From positions 17,833-81,832 of the forward strand of contig CAYLMZ010000001.1 in assembly GCA_964385035.1 (NCBI GenBank): DNA of 64,000 nucleotides. Direction: 5' to 3'. This document shows, piece after piece, positions 63,817-64,000 of the stretch (its first letter is position 1; the number at the start of each line of letters is the position of its first letter). The notes beneath the pieces were generated by a model, which worked only from the letters and a program-made list of their open reading frames with translations, did no database searches and was not told the DNA's origin. The DNA is from an uncultured Loktanella sp. (GTDB taxonomy: Bacteria > Pseudomonadota > Alphaproteobacteria > Rhodobacterales > Rhodobacteraceae). The position numbers and the translations under genes were made by a program.

Positions 63817-64000
63817 TCTTGGGCTCCTGTGAGTGTTGTCAGCTCAATTCGTGAAATTTTGCGCTCTTTACCGGACATACCGCGGCTTGTGCCTTGTTAA
63901 CACAGACAGGCTACGAGAGGCGGGTTTCCCAAGCAAGAACCTTGTGTCGTCGGTGCGGGTCCCCTGACGTTCAGTTTTGTCAAGCCAGCCAAAGCATCCG

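Noticed and set aside
63376-64000. Cobalamin riboswitch or cobS next to cobaltochelatase cobT
   Set aside because: No B12-box motif was recognised; cobS may lie beyond the window edge.

Overview
Core-chromosome segment (roughly 58-60% GC by eye) of a Roseobacter-group alphaproteobacterium (Rhodobacterales, inferred from gene order and protein sequences). It carries cobT (phosphoribosyltransferase), kef, metY, tRNA-Tyr, rlmB, a Hint-domain gene, a Ser/Thr kinase, an interrupted his cluster, tRNA-Gly, pyc, lldD, uvrD, a DUF1127 gene with a 7-hairpin cuckoo RNA array, mrp, the dcw cluster (mraZ to ftsZ) plus lpxC-bamD-recN, a ClC channel, aminopeptidase P and the cobaltochelatase subunit cobT. 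I saw no transposase, integrase, prophage or CRISPR array. The most interesting signals are non-coding or intragenic. (1) An intergenic sRNA at about 11.1 kb is complementary to two sites in the dcw leader 21 kb away, including a perfect 12-nt match to the mraZ RBS and start codon. (2) NrdR-box-like palindromes lie upstream of both mraZ and ftsZ. (3) A low-GC, foreign-looking patch replaces the middle of uvrD in frame. (4) A double palindromic operator sits inside the dcw cluster ahead of murB. (5) There is a dispersed REP/MITE-like repeat family. (6) An orphan PilM/GspL-like plus PilP-like fusion protein is present. All product calls come from motif recognition by eye, not database searches.
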